A DNA stretch of 63,775 nucleotides from assembly GCF_001194135.2 (NCBI RefSeq), contig NC_068982.1, positions 1,389,569-1,453,343 on the forward strand, in the 5' to 3' direction. The notes below the pieces were generated by a model that saw nothing but the letters and a program-made list of their open reading frames with translations, searched no databases and had not been told where the DNA came from. Positions 1-12,660 of this stretch are shown in pieces. The number at the start of each line of letters is the position of its first letter. Position 1 is the first letter of the stretch. Both the position numbers and the translations under genes were made by a program. Origin of the DNA: Octopus bimaculoides (Eukaryota).

Positions 1-433
1 TATATATTCCTGTAGATTATTTCATTTAATTATTTTTATATTATTATATTACACTTCCACTAAAAATTTACCTAGTATCATTTTATACTAATCACCGCTA
101 ATAACTTACCTATTATACACGTCTCATGAGCAACCTTCTATCAATATTCCAACTAACATAATTGATATATGTACAATGTTAGACTTTATTACATAACTTT
201 GAATAGTCATACTTTGTAAAACCTACATGCATCCCATTATTATTCACGCAACCGCATTCAATTAATAGCCGTATTGACACATTATTAATAACAGATAAAA
301 TAATGAATGATATGAATTCACGTTCTTATATTTATTTATCTTTAATTTTATTTTAATTTTATATTTTTATTTTCATATTTTTTACATATATATGTTATAC
401 TTTTACCATTTCATTCTAATATAATTACATGTG

Positions 434-806
434 TGGTGGCGCAATGGCTCAGTGGTTAGGCAGCGGACTCGCGGTCGTAAGATTGCTGTTTCGATTCCCA
501 GACCGGACGTTGTGAGTGTTTATTGAGCAGAAAACACCTAAAGCTCCACGAGGCTCCTGCAGGGGATGGTGGCGAACCCTGCTGAACTCTTTCACCACAA
601 CTTTCTCTCACTTTTTCTTCCTGTTTCTGTTGTACCTGTATTTCAAAGAGCCAGCCTTGTCATTCTGTGTGTCACGCTGAATCTCGTTAAGAGTATACGT
701 GTCTGTGGAGTGCTCAGCCACTTGCACGTTAATTTCACGAGCAGGCTGTTCCACTGATCGGATCAACTGGAACCCTCGCCGTCGTGACCGACGGAGTGTC
801 ACGACA
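434..806 (+). mobile_element. tRNA-derived SINE, family A (older copy)
   Basis: A-box tggctcagtgg and B-box gtttcgattcc. Body and tail match copies at 31653 and 33113. Degenerate TSD aattacatgtg (423-433) / aattatacgtg (807-817). Confidence 0.85.
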
Positions 807-2286
807 AATTATACGTGAGACTGAATTTACATGTATATGTAGGTGACTGTGTGTGGATATGTTGCTGAAAGAAAGTATGAGTGCTTACGTGTATGTGTAC
901 TTGTATATGTACACTAGAGTATTTATAGGTACAAGTATATATTGATACATATATACAAATTTAAGTGTAGGTGATTTTATGCCTGTAAAAAATCTGTGTG
1001 TATAGCTGTTGCCAGTACAAACATACTTTGCACATTTGTGCATATTAATGTATAGACATGCGTGAACATAAGGGTTTGTAAATATGGATATTTATAGAGA
1101 TGTATGTGCAGTTGGATCTTAATCCGTGAATATTCTATGTGTAATATAATCTCTGTATTTTGATAAGCATATAGATGGTTGTGAATGAATGTATATTCAT
1201 ATCTATATATCAACATGTATGGCATTATATGAGTATATAGTCTTTTTTATGTATGAACTCAACTATGTGTATATATATATATATATATATTTGGGAATGT
1301 ATGCAAATATATATATATAAAGGTATATAACAATATGCATGCGTATGGTAAGCACACGTGATTACATATTGATGTATAGGGTGTATTATGGGTATATATA
1401 CACACGCACACACACATATGGGTGTATATAGTATTTGTCTAAACGTATCTAATAGTACTATAAATGTATATGAATTACTTTAACATAATTTAATTTTTTA
1501 AATTTTGATTATATTGATAACTTAATTTCTTTTGTTTATATATATTACTTATTCATCATTCAATTTCTCTAATTGTTTTTCGTGTTTTTGACAATCAAAT
1601 CTATGTTTCGTTATAACTACAGAGTATATAAACATATATAAATATTTCTTTTAAAACTCTTTATGCAAATAAATCTTCGTAAATATTTAATAATTATCTC
1701 CCCTCTTACATTAACTTGACTTGTCATTGAGGACACAAGCGCCCATATATATTTCTTTAAGGCAGTTCATTTACGATGATATAAGCGCCCATCTTTTAGA
1801 AATAAAATATCTCATTTTTCAGTTAGACAAATTTAAATTATGGAGAGACGCTATCTATTTAAAAAAAAAATATTTGCACCTTATTAATCAATAAAATTAT
1901 TTTGACCTTATGTGATCTGTGCCAATTTCGTTTCTAGGGGTGAGTGTATAATATTTTGAGTGTGTACGTATATAGTTTTTGTATGTATTTATATGTCTAT
2001 CTGTATATGCATATATATATATATGCATGTATACATAGGTACATACGTTTTAAGTGAATGAAATGTGAGTGTATGTATAAGTGAGAATATATGTCAATAT
2101 GTATGTATTGTTTTTGTGTGTGTATATATATGTATATATGTGTATATATAGTTATACATATACATATATATATATAATTATATGGAGAGGTACAATTGAC
2201 AATCCAATAATTTATTTATATTATAATATAATATACTATGCCTATAATTTAATATGAGAAAACATAAACAATTATTAAAACATCAA

Positions 2287-2369
2287 CGTGCCAACAATTT
2301 GTTTCGACTTATATACATTTCTTGATTTATAAACAATTCCCTTATATATAAGTCTCATCAAAAGCAGCG
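2287..2369 (-). ncRNA. Degenerate type-I hammerhead ribozyme motif
   Basis: Minus strand: uUGAUGA (C3>U), perfect 10-bp stem II GACUUAUAUA/UAUAUAAGUC, GAAA, near-palindromic stem III ACAAAUUGU, GUU triplet. Stem I decayed. Confidence 0.55.
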
Positions 2370-3223
2370 TTTAAAGATAGACGAGAGTCCATATCAAAGG
2401 ACGGCTGGATTGTAAACAATTAATTCAAATGCCTATGTATTATGAGCGTGAGCGTTAACTATTCAATTACAAATCAAAAACATCAAAAACATTATAACGG
2501 ACAAGATAATGAAGTATAATCTACAACTCACGAAATATATTTCTATATACCTCAAAAGATATTAGTCCAAATTCGTTTATGTCTAAGGGACTCTTTCGCT
2601 ATTATAACATACAAGAATAATATATATGTGTATATAATTAAGTATCAGGGTTTTGCTTTATCTAGAACTGTAATAAAACGCGTAAAAAATATATAAATGT
2701 TAATTATATTTTTAATATATAATAACTCTTCTATTTATTTAAAGCTATTGATATAGAAAAAAATATTGTTTAAAGTAGCTAATTGGAATGTTCTATAATT
2801 ATTGTTTATCGGAGGGATAATTCCGTAATAAATATGAAGATAAACTTATGGCTGTAAACACTATAACCTAAATAACCCATAGATATAGAGTTAGGCTATA
2901 ATAATGGATATAAACATAATACTATTTTTGTTTTAGAAGTAACCGGATTTGGAGTTACTTAAATAAGGATTATTATTCGTATGTTATGGAAGGGAGAACT
3001 CTGTAAATAAGTAAAAAATAAGTAATATAACAAAACAACTATTAAGGATTGCTCACGATAAAATAATTAATATTATTTTTAAATTAAATGACTATGAATA
3101 GTATATATACAAATTTTATTGATTCTTTCAGAATTAAGAAAATAATATTGTTGTAATAAGAATACGAGTTATAAACTATAAAATCTATAATAATTATTTT
3201 GGTTATTAAATTTATTTATTAAG

Positions 3224-3225
<2 letters not shown>

Positions 3226-3285
<60 letters not shown>

Positions 3286-3494
3286 ATATACACATATGTC
3301 CGCATTAACAATAAATGATATACAGGCATATATAAGCATACATATGAATAGAGACTTCCATAGACATACTTGTACACATACATATACATGCATATACACA
3401 TACACATACAAATACCTACACACACACACATATACACATACATATATATCCACATATATAAATACCTATAGATACATACACACATACATATATT

Positions 3495-3558
<64 letters not shown>

Positions 3559-3560
3559 CG
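3226..3560. repeat. Compound (TA)n/(CA)n microsatellite
   Basis: Directly visible; source of spurious YI/CV/HT ORFs. Confidence 0.95.
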
Positions 3561-3770
3561 CACAAACACATACATATGCAAACGAGATATAGATAGCATC
3601 AGATAAATACAAACAACATGTACCCATGTATACAAATACATATATGCCCCCCAAATGATTTTAACAATATTTAATCTTTATTGGGCTTAATTGAAACAGC
3701 TGTAAAGGACTATGTTTGATTGCTGGTAATAATAAATCTCTATTAAATGCTATATCTCAATTTTCTTATT

Positions 3771-3808
<38 letters not shown>

Positions 3809-4515
3809 ATGTATACATACACCGTTGTTTAAAACCCGTGACTCAAGAAAAACCACACTTATTTATTTGGTAATAGAGAGTGTATATGAATTTCCAATCC
3901 GATTCGATATTATAGTGCCATTCCCATTGCAACCGATTTTACCAATCGCTTTCGTACTTGAAAGTTTAGGCATTTGTACAAAAAGAATTGTACGTGCATT
4001 TCGTAACTCTTTTTGTATTGAGAGAAAAACAATCACGGATATTTTATGCGAACAACACAAATACAAGATCCTAGTGAGAATAATTTAATTCTCTAAACCT
4101 CATCATAGTGGTTTCCTCATAAAAAAAAATGATGTCGCAAAACCTGGTCACGTTTGACTAAATTCATTTTCTAATCGTAATATTTCTGTTGTTTTTAAAA
4201 ACATCGTAATTAAGATCTCAAGGAAATTTATCTATATCTGTGAAACAAATCAAAAATTGATGCAGTAGAAAAACCTATAATGCAACAATAGTCAAAGCAA
4301 TACTCGATATTGTGACATTTCTAGTATTTTAAATGGAATTTTCTTATGAATTGACTTGGAAAATCCCAGTAAAATTAATTGAAATGGAATAGTAATATAA
4401 CTCACAAGGCATAAAGTAAATTTGAATGCTATTAATGTCTTTATTAGCATGGTTAAGTCATCATAACTACGTTGTTTTACAAAAATGTAAGGTGTTTAAA
4501 CTATCTTAAAAGATG

Positions 4516-4725
4516 TACAAGGGTGTGCTGAAAAGTTCCTGGCTTTAATGGTATCGCAAAAGGCCTGGTTGGAGGCCCAACATTCCTAGTTCTTTTATAG
4601 GGCTAAGAAAAACTGAAGAACTGCTGCAATGTGTGAGTCTGAGATGTGTTGAATAAAATCATAATTAATTAATTAATCCTCTGATTCTTTTACTCAAAAC
4701 CAGGAACTTTTCAGCACTCCTTCCT
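4516..4725 (+). mobile_element. Non-autonomous mariner/Tc1 derivative (MITE-like)
   Basis: TA then TIR gggtgtgctgaaaagttcctggcttt; inverted copy aaaaccaggaacttttcagcactcc at about 4696-4720. Interior resembles a decayed transposase C-terminus (EKLK.C..CV.L). Confidence 0.8.
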
Positions 4726-5432
4726 TAATGTGAGGGCTCTAATTCTAAAAACTCCGTAAAAAAGCATAAAAAAATAAAAATAAAAAAGCTTATGGAGTAA
4801 AAAGAGTTCGAATTCAAAGGTGAAGGTGATCACCTACAAATCTTGGGACATTGATAGCTTTGTAAATGCAAGTAGCAAATTCCTACTTTATATCAAATTA
4901 ATATTTATGCTTGTCTAATTAATTATCTAAAACCATAAATAACTAAGAAATTTCAAAGCGATTTAAGAATATATTAAAATTGAATAAATTAATGGAATTA
5001 AGCAGCAAAAGTTTATTATTCTTAAACTTATTATATGTAAAAAAGATTTATTTTATATATTTGAAAAGAAAAAATGAATATCTGCATTTGAACACGAATG
5101 GAGCAAATGAACCTTCAGAATGTTTTTAAGAAATATAAAAAGGTTTATAAAATTTGTGTTTTGCTTTGGTAAATTGCGATCGTATAACTTGTTTTCCATA
5201 TTTGTTTAGTGTTATCCATCTGTTCGTATTTTTTTTATACCACTCGTCTCCTGATCATCATAATCGGTAGCAAGGGAGAAGCCAAACAAAATACTAGCTG
5301 ACAACATAGAAGACATGATCAAATTGATAATATGATGCTTTGATTTTCATGTTGGCACCAAATGTATCTCGGGTCTGATCTATGAGAAGAGTCGTATTGT
5401 ACTTAATGTGTTCCTCGAGAGTGTGAATATTA

Positions 5433-5503
5433 TCAAGCCTTTCCTGTCTCAAACTGGTCGACTCGTATTTGCTGTCCTGCTTCCTGATTGGGATCATCGA
5501 ATT
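5433..5503 (-). CDS. Putative terminal coding exon (exon 5) of an unknown small gene
   Basis: Acceptor aatgaatttcag; reads (Q)FDDPNQEAGQQIRVDQFETGKA followed by tandem stops TGA TAA. Phase fits the 9550-9583 exon. Confidence 0.55.
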
Positions 5504-6145
5504 CTGAAATTCATTTACTGTACCTTATTGCATTTCACGTCTTCATTCGATTTCCTTATATGAATCTTTATATAAATTACTTCTTAGTTTATAAAATTTA
5601 GCTGTTGGCAATGGTTTAAGATTTTGTAAAAACTTAGTTTTCATTTTGCTTTTGAGAATGTCTTGGTGGTATTCTTTAGTCTGTAAAAAAAAAAGAAAGA
5701 ACTAAAATGAGTGGAGTAGCAGGGAAAATACAGGCGTAAGAGTAATAATAATCTTAATTAAATGACACTGGAAAATTGTAGAACAAGAAGTGGAAGCTTA
5801 AATATATTGTAATTGAAACTGTAATAGGAATTTCTACAACATACCTTTCGGGGCTGGATGACGGATAGAAAAAAGAGAAAAAAATGTTCTTTCCCTTATA
5901 GAAAACCTCTCAAAATCATGTCTAATTGATATGTTACCCAATGGTTTATACTGAATCAGAAGAAGAAAAATTAATTTTTGAGCACTTTCGCGATGCAGGT
6001 TTGTTTAAAGAAGTCAAGAATGAAATTTTTAAATTTGAATTCCAAATTCAGTTGGAATATTTCAAAGATTTCACTTCTTGTGCTTTTCACCGGTTCTGTC
6101 GATTAAGTATATTATCACTCCTGCATTCTTCCTGCTACTTAATAA

Positions 6146-6911
6146 TACGAGTTCTGATCAATAAGTATCCGGACTGTAACCATAGTAACGAAGCTAAAGC
6201 ATGCAGAGTAAAGCCGCTGAGCAGAGATTGACCTTGAACTCTGCTGTACATGCGCACATGGCTTTAACATTCTAGCTCACTTCTGCTGTTTACAGCAGTG
6301 CTTGGAAGGAACGTGTGTAGCGTGTGATCGTAGCACTGGCCATGACAGAGAAAGTTGTCATGGCGATACCTGCTCAGAGACCTACGCAAAGTTGCAGAAA
6401 GTGTAAGGAGTGGATTGTATGAGCCGCACACAAGTGTACGAGTGGTTCAAACGTTTCCAAGATGGCCGGAAAAGTTTCAACACTGACGAACGTTCCGGGA
6501 GACCCGCAATCAGCAGAATTGAGAAAAACATCGCAAATGTGTGTGCAGCTGTGAGGGGAAATCGTGGAATCACCATCTGTGAGTTATGAGAGGATGTGCA
6601 GATTAGTTACGGTTCAGTTCAGTCCATTATCACCGAAGATTTGGGTATGAGACGCGCCTCGGCCAAGTTTGTGCCAAAACTGCTTTCAGCTGACCAAAAA
6701 GACACTCGGGCTTCACTTGCACAACATCTCCTTGATTGCGTCGAAAACGATGAAAAGGTTTTGAAAATTTTGCGTAGGATTCTGAGCGGGTATCACCAAA
6801 CTTTTGGTAAAATTTTATGTAGATTCTCTGCTCAACTTTCTCTGTCATGGTCAATGCAACGAACACATGCTACACACGTTCCTTCCAAGCACTGCTGCAA
6901 ACAGCGGAAGT
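6146..6911 (+). mobile_element. Mariner transposon 5' part (transposase pseudogene) with an inverted second 5' end
   Basis: TA plus TIR-like start at 6146. Reads MTEKV..GDTCSETYAKLQKV..MSRTQVYEWFKRFQDGR..DERSGRP..LGMRRASAKFVPKLL. 6775-6911 is the reverse complement of the 5' region; the right end is lost in the gap. Confidence 0.9.
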
Positions 6912-8079
6912 NNNNNNNNNNNNNNNNNNNNNNNNNNNNNNNNNNNNNNNNNNNNNNNNNNNNNNNNNNNNNNNNNNNNNNNNNNNNNNNNNNNNNNNNN
7001 NNNNNNNNNNNNNNNNNNNNNNNNNNNNNNNNNNNNNNNNNNNNNNNNNNNNNNNNNNNNNNNNNNNNNNNNNNNNNNNNNNNNNNNNNNNNNNNNNNNN
7101 NNNNNNNNNNNNNNNNNNNNNNNNNNNNNNNNNNNNNNNNNNNNNNNNNNNNNNNNNNNNNNNNNNNNNNNNNNNNNNNNNNNNNNNNNNNNNNNNNNNN
7201 NNNNNNNNNNNNNNNNNNNNNNNNNNNNNNNNNNNNNNNNNNNNNNNNNNNNNNNNNNNNNNNNNNNNNNNNNNNNNNNNNNNNNNNNNNNNNNNNNNNN
7301 NNNNNNNNNNNNNNNNNNNNNNNNNNNNNNNNNNNNNNNNNNNNNNNNNNNNNNNNNNNNNNNNNNNNNNNNNNNNNNNNNNNNNNNNNNNNNNNNNNNN
7401 NNNNNNNNNNNNNNNNNNNNNNNNNNNNNNNNNNNNNNNNNNNNNNNNNNNNNNAGTTCATTTATTATAAAGAACATATGACTAACCATTCGTTGTAGCT
7501 CAATCGTGAGACAAGTTGTGTGAGATGCTGTATCTTTTTCTTCCTTCCTCTCTCTCGTTTCCTTAATCCTGCTCTGAAAGAGATATTTTATTTCTTACCA
7601 TCTATTGTTGTATTAATGATTAATATAAGTAGTATTGTGTATCATTTCTCTGAAATAAACTATATTTAGTGAAAGGTCGATGTTTGAATAAATATATAGC
7701 CTAGCTTTTAAATGTTTTCAGTGTTTTATTGAATAGTAGCCTTGATCTTTCGAGTAAGTGTGCGTCGATGCTCTGTATATGTTTGCGTGTGTGTGTAGGT
7801 ATGTTGAATGGTGTAGTGTGAATGAGAAGAGAAAGCAGAAAGGAAGCACGTGAGTGTAAAAGAAAAGCATAAACATAGAAATGATCGAGAGATAGGATAG
7901 AAAGAAGAGAGATGAAAATAGAATAAGGATAAGGTGAGGAAATCGTGTAGAAAGAGAAGATTCTTGTCGGAAATCAGTTGAGAGAAAGAAAAAAAGACAT
8001 GAAAGAAAGAAACCAAGAGAAAGAGACTGATATTAAGAAGCAAAGGAGAGACGAAAACTATCCATGGAAAATGATGAAT

Positions 8080-8245
8080 TAAGAATTTGCAAAAGTTTCG
8101 TAAATAATTGGGAAAAATAAGAGGAAAATGGAAAAATCATGGAAAGGTCTCCACATAATTCGTTTTTGCATTTGGTTTGCAAGATTCTTGATGTGAATTC
8201 GTGCGTTGAAAGAAATCTTGTTGCGTTTTGGGAGGGCCATTATGC

Positions 8246-8324
<79 letters not shown>

Positions 8325-8572
8325 CACGCACTGGTTCAATATCACTTCTTTATTGTTAGTAAAATTAGTTATATATTTAACCAGATAATGAATCTATCGT
8401 TTGTTTAATGTGCTGGTTTAACAATCAATCGGTTGTTTAACCAATACAATAAACAAAGGAACGATTAATTAGTTGGTTAAATATGTAACCATTTGACTAA
8501 CAATAAAGAAGTGATATTGAACCAGTGCAGGTATTTATTATTGGCGTAATGACCCTCCCAAAACAAAACAAG
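8080..8572. mobile_element. Probable Penelope-like element end folded into a long imperfect palindrome
   Basis: 8160-8240 is homologous to the hammerhead-bearing repeat at 42780-43160. Arms 8217-8426 and 8431-8572 are reverse complements apart from a (TAA)n expansion in the left arm. Confidence 0.6.
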
Positions 8573-9004
8573 GTATTTACAGCAGTGCAATTTAAAACGA
8601 AAAAAACCCAATAACAGTAACAACAATATGGAGAACAACATCGTCATCAGCAACAATATATCAACAACGAAGATTAATTTCAGAGATAACCGTCATCTTT
8701 AATACGGAAAGGAGGAATATTGTTAAAGTAGATCTTGAAATATGGTATCAATAAATTCTACTTCTTAGTGTAACAACAACTTTGTCAGCATTGCTAATTT
8801 TCATCACAATGAGGTTGGCGAAAACGAAAATTATGGTCGCTATAAAACTTTTAACATTTTGATAGTGACTAAACACTTCCCAAAAACGTTCTAGCCGCGA
8901 CCATCCCGTCTTTTATTTTTGCTTATTCATACTGTATTGTCTTATCTAACTCTTCTCTTTTTAAAATGGTAATTGTTGTACCCCACCCATACACACACAC
9001 ATGA

Positions 9005-9265
9005 AGACCTGTGACCTGGCAGAGAGAGTTGCACTCATGGTTGCCTGATCGTGGTGTTCAATTCCCAGACCAGGCGTTGTGTTGTTTTCTTGAGCAAAAA
9101 ACTTCATTTCACGTTTTTTCCAGTCGCCTCAGCTGTAAATGGGTAACCGTGCTACGGAATAGTCTTCTGACCAGGGGGGAACGCTGGGCTGCTCGCCTTG
9201 CCAGTGAAGTGGCATCATTCGAAGGCGGAAGCAATACGAAACGCATTGTGACCAGCGATACATAA
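9005..9265 (+). mobile_element. tRNA-derived SINE, family D (CORE-like body)
   Basis: B-box-like gttcaattcc, then ttcttgagcaa body; tail gctcgccttgccagt..tcattcgaaggc shared with 33509-33738. Confidence 0.7.
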
Positions 9266-9305
9266 AAATATCCAATAGTCTGGTCGATACCATGATGCCG
9301 CAGTG

Positions 9306-9349
<44 letters not shown>

Positions 9350-9549
9350 GTATAAGAAGGGATGACCACTATGTGAACATCCAATATGCTAGAAAGAAGT
9401 CATCAACGACCCAACCACAAAGAAAAATCATGTTCTCCAGAAAAAACAATTCAGCAAACACCAGAGTGTAGGCGGGCAGGACAAAATGAAAAATATACAA
9501 AATAAAGAATTAATTGTGTACTGGTTTCGCCATCAACTCTTTTACTTAC

Positions 9550-9583
9550 GTAAAAACATCCGTGGTTCTTCAGTACAATCGTT
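9550..9583 (-). CDS. Putative internal exon 4 (34 nt)
   Basis: Acceptor aattacattgatttcag, perfect donor gtaagt; reads NDCTEEPRMFL. Confidence 0.55.
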
Positions 9584-9873
9584 CTGAAATCAATGTAATT
9601 TTCAGAACTATACACGAATTGTCTTCATAAAATTTGACGTGCGTATGGTTCTACCGATTACATTGGGGTTATTTTGAAATGTCCCAACTCTGCTGAACTG
9701 TTTCCGAAATTTAGCGCGAAATTTAGCGCGCCAAAATATAAAAAGGCGGGAACTTAGTTTCCAATCCAATATATATATATATATAAATTTAAAAAATGGA
9801 GGCAAACGCAGGTGTTATTCAAATCATTTATACTTCTAACATATACTTCGAAAATATTATCAGGGATTACTTA

Positions 9874-10086
9874 AGGCGGCGAGTTCACAGAACCGTTAGC
9901 ACGCCGGGCGAAATGCTTAGCGGTATTTCGTCTGCCGCTACGTTCTGAGTTCAAATTCCGCCGAGGTCGACTTTGCCTTTCATTCTTTCGGGGTCGATAA
10001 ATTAAGTACCAGTTAAGTACTGGGGTCGATGTAATCGACTTCCACCTTCCCCCATAATTTCAGGCCTTGTGCCTACAATAGAAAAG
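9874..10086 (+). mobile_element. tRNA-derived SINE, family B
   Basis: Head ggcggcgag..ttagcacgccgggcg, central gcctttcattctttcggggtcgataaa..agtaccag. 18-bp TSD attatcagggat(t/g)actta at 9856-9873 and 10087-10104. Confidence 0.9.
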
Positions 10087-10959
10087 ATTATCAGGGATGA
10101 CTTACCTCCACTCCCTAAAACACAGAAATCTAGTTCATAGAAGCTAAAGATTAAGATGTAAGCAAAATTGTGTTTAACATAATTTATTTGTGCAGTGGTT
10201 CAAGGTTGAAGAATAGGAATTAAGCGCTTCAGTGCCAATATAGAGTGGGTTATGAACGATAGTCTTGTGATAGAATTGGCCGCCTATGAGCGGGTATAGA
10301 CGCGTTTCACTATCTTTATTTTCCAGAACTCTAAAATAATTATTGTCAAAATTTGTATCAAGTAGAAAAACAATTTATGTTTGGTACAATTTTGTCTTAG
10401 CCTTTTGCAAGGAAGAGGTCAAGTAAACTAGTTCTTTAGAGTCATAAAGATACCAAAACCAATCATTTCGATCCAGATATCAAACTGTCGACGTGGGTCG
10501 AGTTGGAAAGCAAAACTAAATGCATAAGAGTATGACCTCAATTATTTATCTATTCATCAATTAATTTCAAAGTTTAAATGGTATGTAATATTTCCAAAAC
10601 TGTTTCAATGACAAATATATTTTAATGGTTTTAACTGTCTAAAAACCGCTTCGTCGAACTTGATCAGACAGATGAGATTATATGGGGATGGATGCGAAAT
10701 TTCACCTCATTCTATAGATTACTGCTTCTTACATTTCTCCATGACATAAAAAGTATTTTGTTATATATCTCATACATTTTTTCATAGTAAACCGTATCAT
10801 TTTATTATATAAAGTAAGAATGTTTTATTATGCAAAAAAGCAATTTTTGCTTTTACAAATGTACGTTTTCCTTTTAAAAACTTCGATTTAGTAATTTTTC
10901 ATATATTCTTTTATTTCAGTTGTCTCGTTAATGAAATCCGCAGAATATTCTCTTTACTT

Positions 10960-11181
10960 GATAGCATGTTGTCGACTTAATGTGACAGTCCCATAAAAGG
11001 GAAGAATGCTTCTGTTATTTAGCCCTAGGAAACACCGTTTCTTGTTGGACTTGACACTTTGAAAACATAAGGACACAGGAAATGTGTCAAGTCCAACAGG
11101 AAACGGTGTTTCCTAGGGCTAAATAACAGTAGCATTCTTCCATTTTATGGGACTGTCACATTAAGTCGACAACATACTATC
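10960..11181. repeat. Near-perfect inverted repeat (about 98-bp arms, 26-nt loop)
   Basis: 10960-11057 versus 11084-11181 differ at about 4 positions. ACTT flanks both sides. Related sequence at about 32715-32785. Confidence 0.9.
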
Positions 11182-11859
11182 ACTTTATTGTGCTGCTACT
11201 GCATAAATCTCTTTGAGAGATTTAGAAATATACTATTTCTATTCTCTTTATTTCATCACCAAAATTTTCCCTTCACTACATTTATCGACCTTATTTTAAT
11301 TTACTAAAACTATTTTGTCTTTATCATATTCATAGTATCTTAATTGTTTCGAATATTTCTGAAACTTAACGAGATCAAGCTCGGAAATACAATCGTTTTG
11401 TGATTATTGCGAAAGATACTAATTAAAAGGCTCAACAATACAGTGAATCTTCTTGTTCCTTTGTTCTGTAGAACAAAGCATCTACATTGAGAAAGATACG
11501 TATCACGGCTTATGTGAAATCTTGGAGTGTTTCATCATTTTTCCCTTGGACAGATATCTGATTGAGTAAATTGAAACAACCAGTATGTCATCCATTGAAT
11601 AAACTACCTCGAAGATGCTTGAAAGTCAACAGAATCGTTAAAACAATTGATTGAAAAGAATTGAACATTATTAAATCTGGCAATGAAAACAACACTCCCA
11701 AATATTTCCCATTACACAATAGTACTTGAAACAATTTCAGATATCAATTTGATGAAGTCATATTTCTTCAGTTTTGTCTATTATATAAACTTTGTTTTAC
11801 AAACGACTCATTACTTGTTTGACTTTGCGAATAATGATTCACGTAGGATGCAAGTCAAG

Positions 11860-12660
11860 TCGGTGGGAAGGTCGCGGGAGGCTTTCGAGGCCAATACTGG
11901 ACGGACAGGCTCCGCTGTAGTCACTGCTAGGAAATTTTGGTTTTGGGTTTGGTGTTCTTGTTTCAGTTCTTTAATTTCTTTTTGTCTGCCTTCTCGAAGA
12001 AGGATGAAAATGACCGGTGAGCGCTATGTCACCAGGCTTCGTAATTGACGGTTGTATTAGATCAGTGGCGATGGTCAATGTGACAAATGCTAAAAGAATC
12101 CTTATACCTTTTGTCCACTGCCCTAGATAATGGGGACCGGTGATGAGTTCACCTGCGATACAATTTTGACCAGGTAATGGTCCTCTATCTAGGAAATATT
12201 CTCTGCTTCTTACGGCTGCAATTTTAACTGCCTACCTTCAATGTTGTTGACATTAAAAATGTGAAGTCTTCAAAGTAAGTTGATAACAAAGATAAAACAG
12301 TAGATGGCTAGGATGAGTCAGGGACGGCGCTCACTCAAGAAATCGTAGGTGGTGAAAGTAAATAATCCATGACTTTCAGCTGCACAAGAAGGTGACCAGC
12401 ACAACGGCTCTGTACACGGCGAGCTCTGTACCTTTCCTCAAATGTTTCTTGTTCCAGACTCTATTGTACAATCTTCACTGTTTGACGTCAACTGCTTTAT
12501 TGATCTTGGCATACGACCAGATGATACATCATTCGAGATAACTACAATGGTAGACACTGTTTCACTGATCGTTATAATGTCTTCCTGAGATGTGAACATT
12601 TGCTTTCTAGTCTGAAGAGATCGACAGTATCTGCAAATTTGGATGTTATAGCCATGGAAC
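11860..12660 (-). mobile_element. RTE-clade LINE 3' fragment (decayed)
   Basis: RLYNRVWNKKHLRKGTELAVYRAVVL (about 12400-12475) and a C-terminal FP..Y.GACPSSIGLES remnant, both typical of RTE ORF ends. Confidence 0.75.

Noticed and set aside
3647-3708. GAAA-CAGCTG-TA hammerhead-like half
   Set aside because: The CUGANGA box has decayed (caaatga) and stem II is poor; a relic at best.
5294-5497. Supplied 67-aa minus-strand ORF as the terminal exon frame
   Set aside because: It is also open with the same splice chain for exons 3-5, but it does not fit the phase set by exons 1-2. It is not formally excluded.
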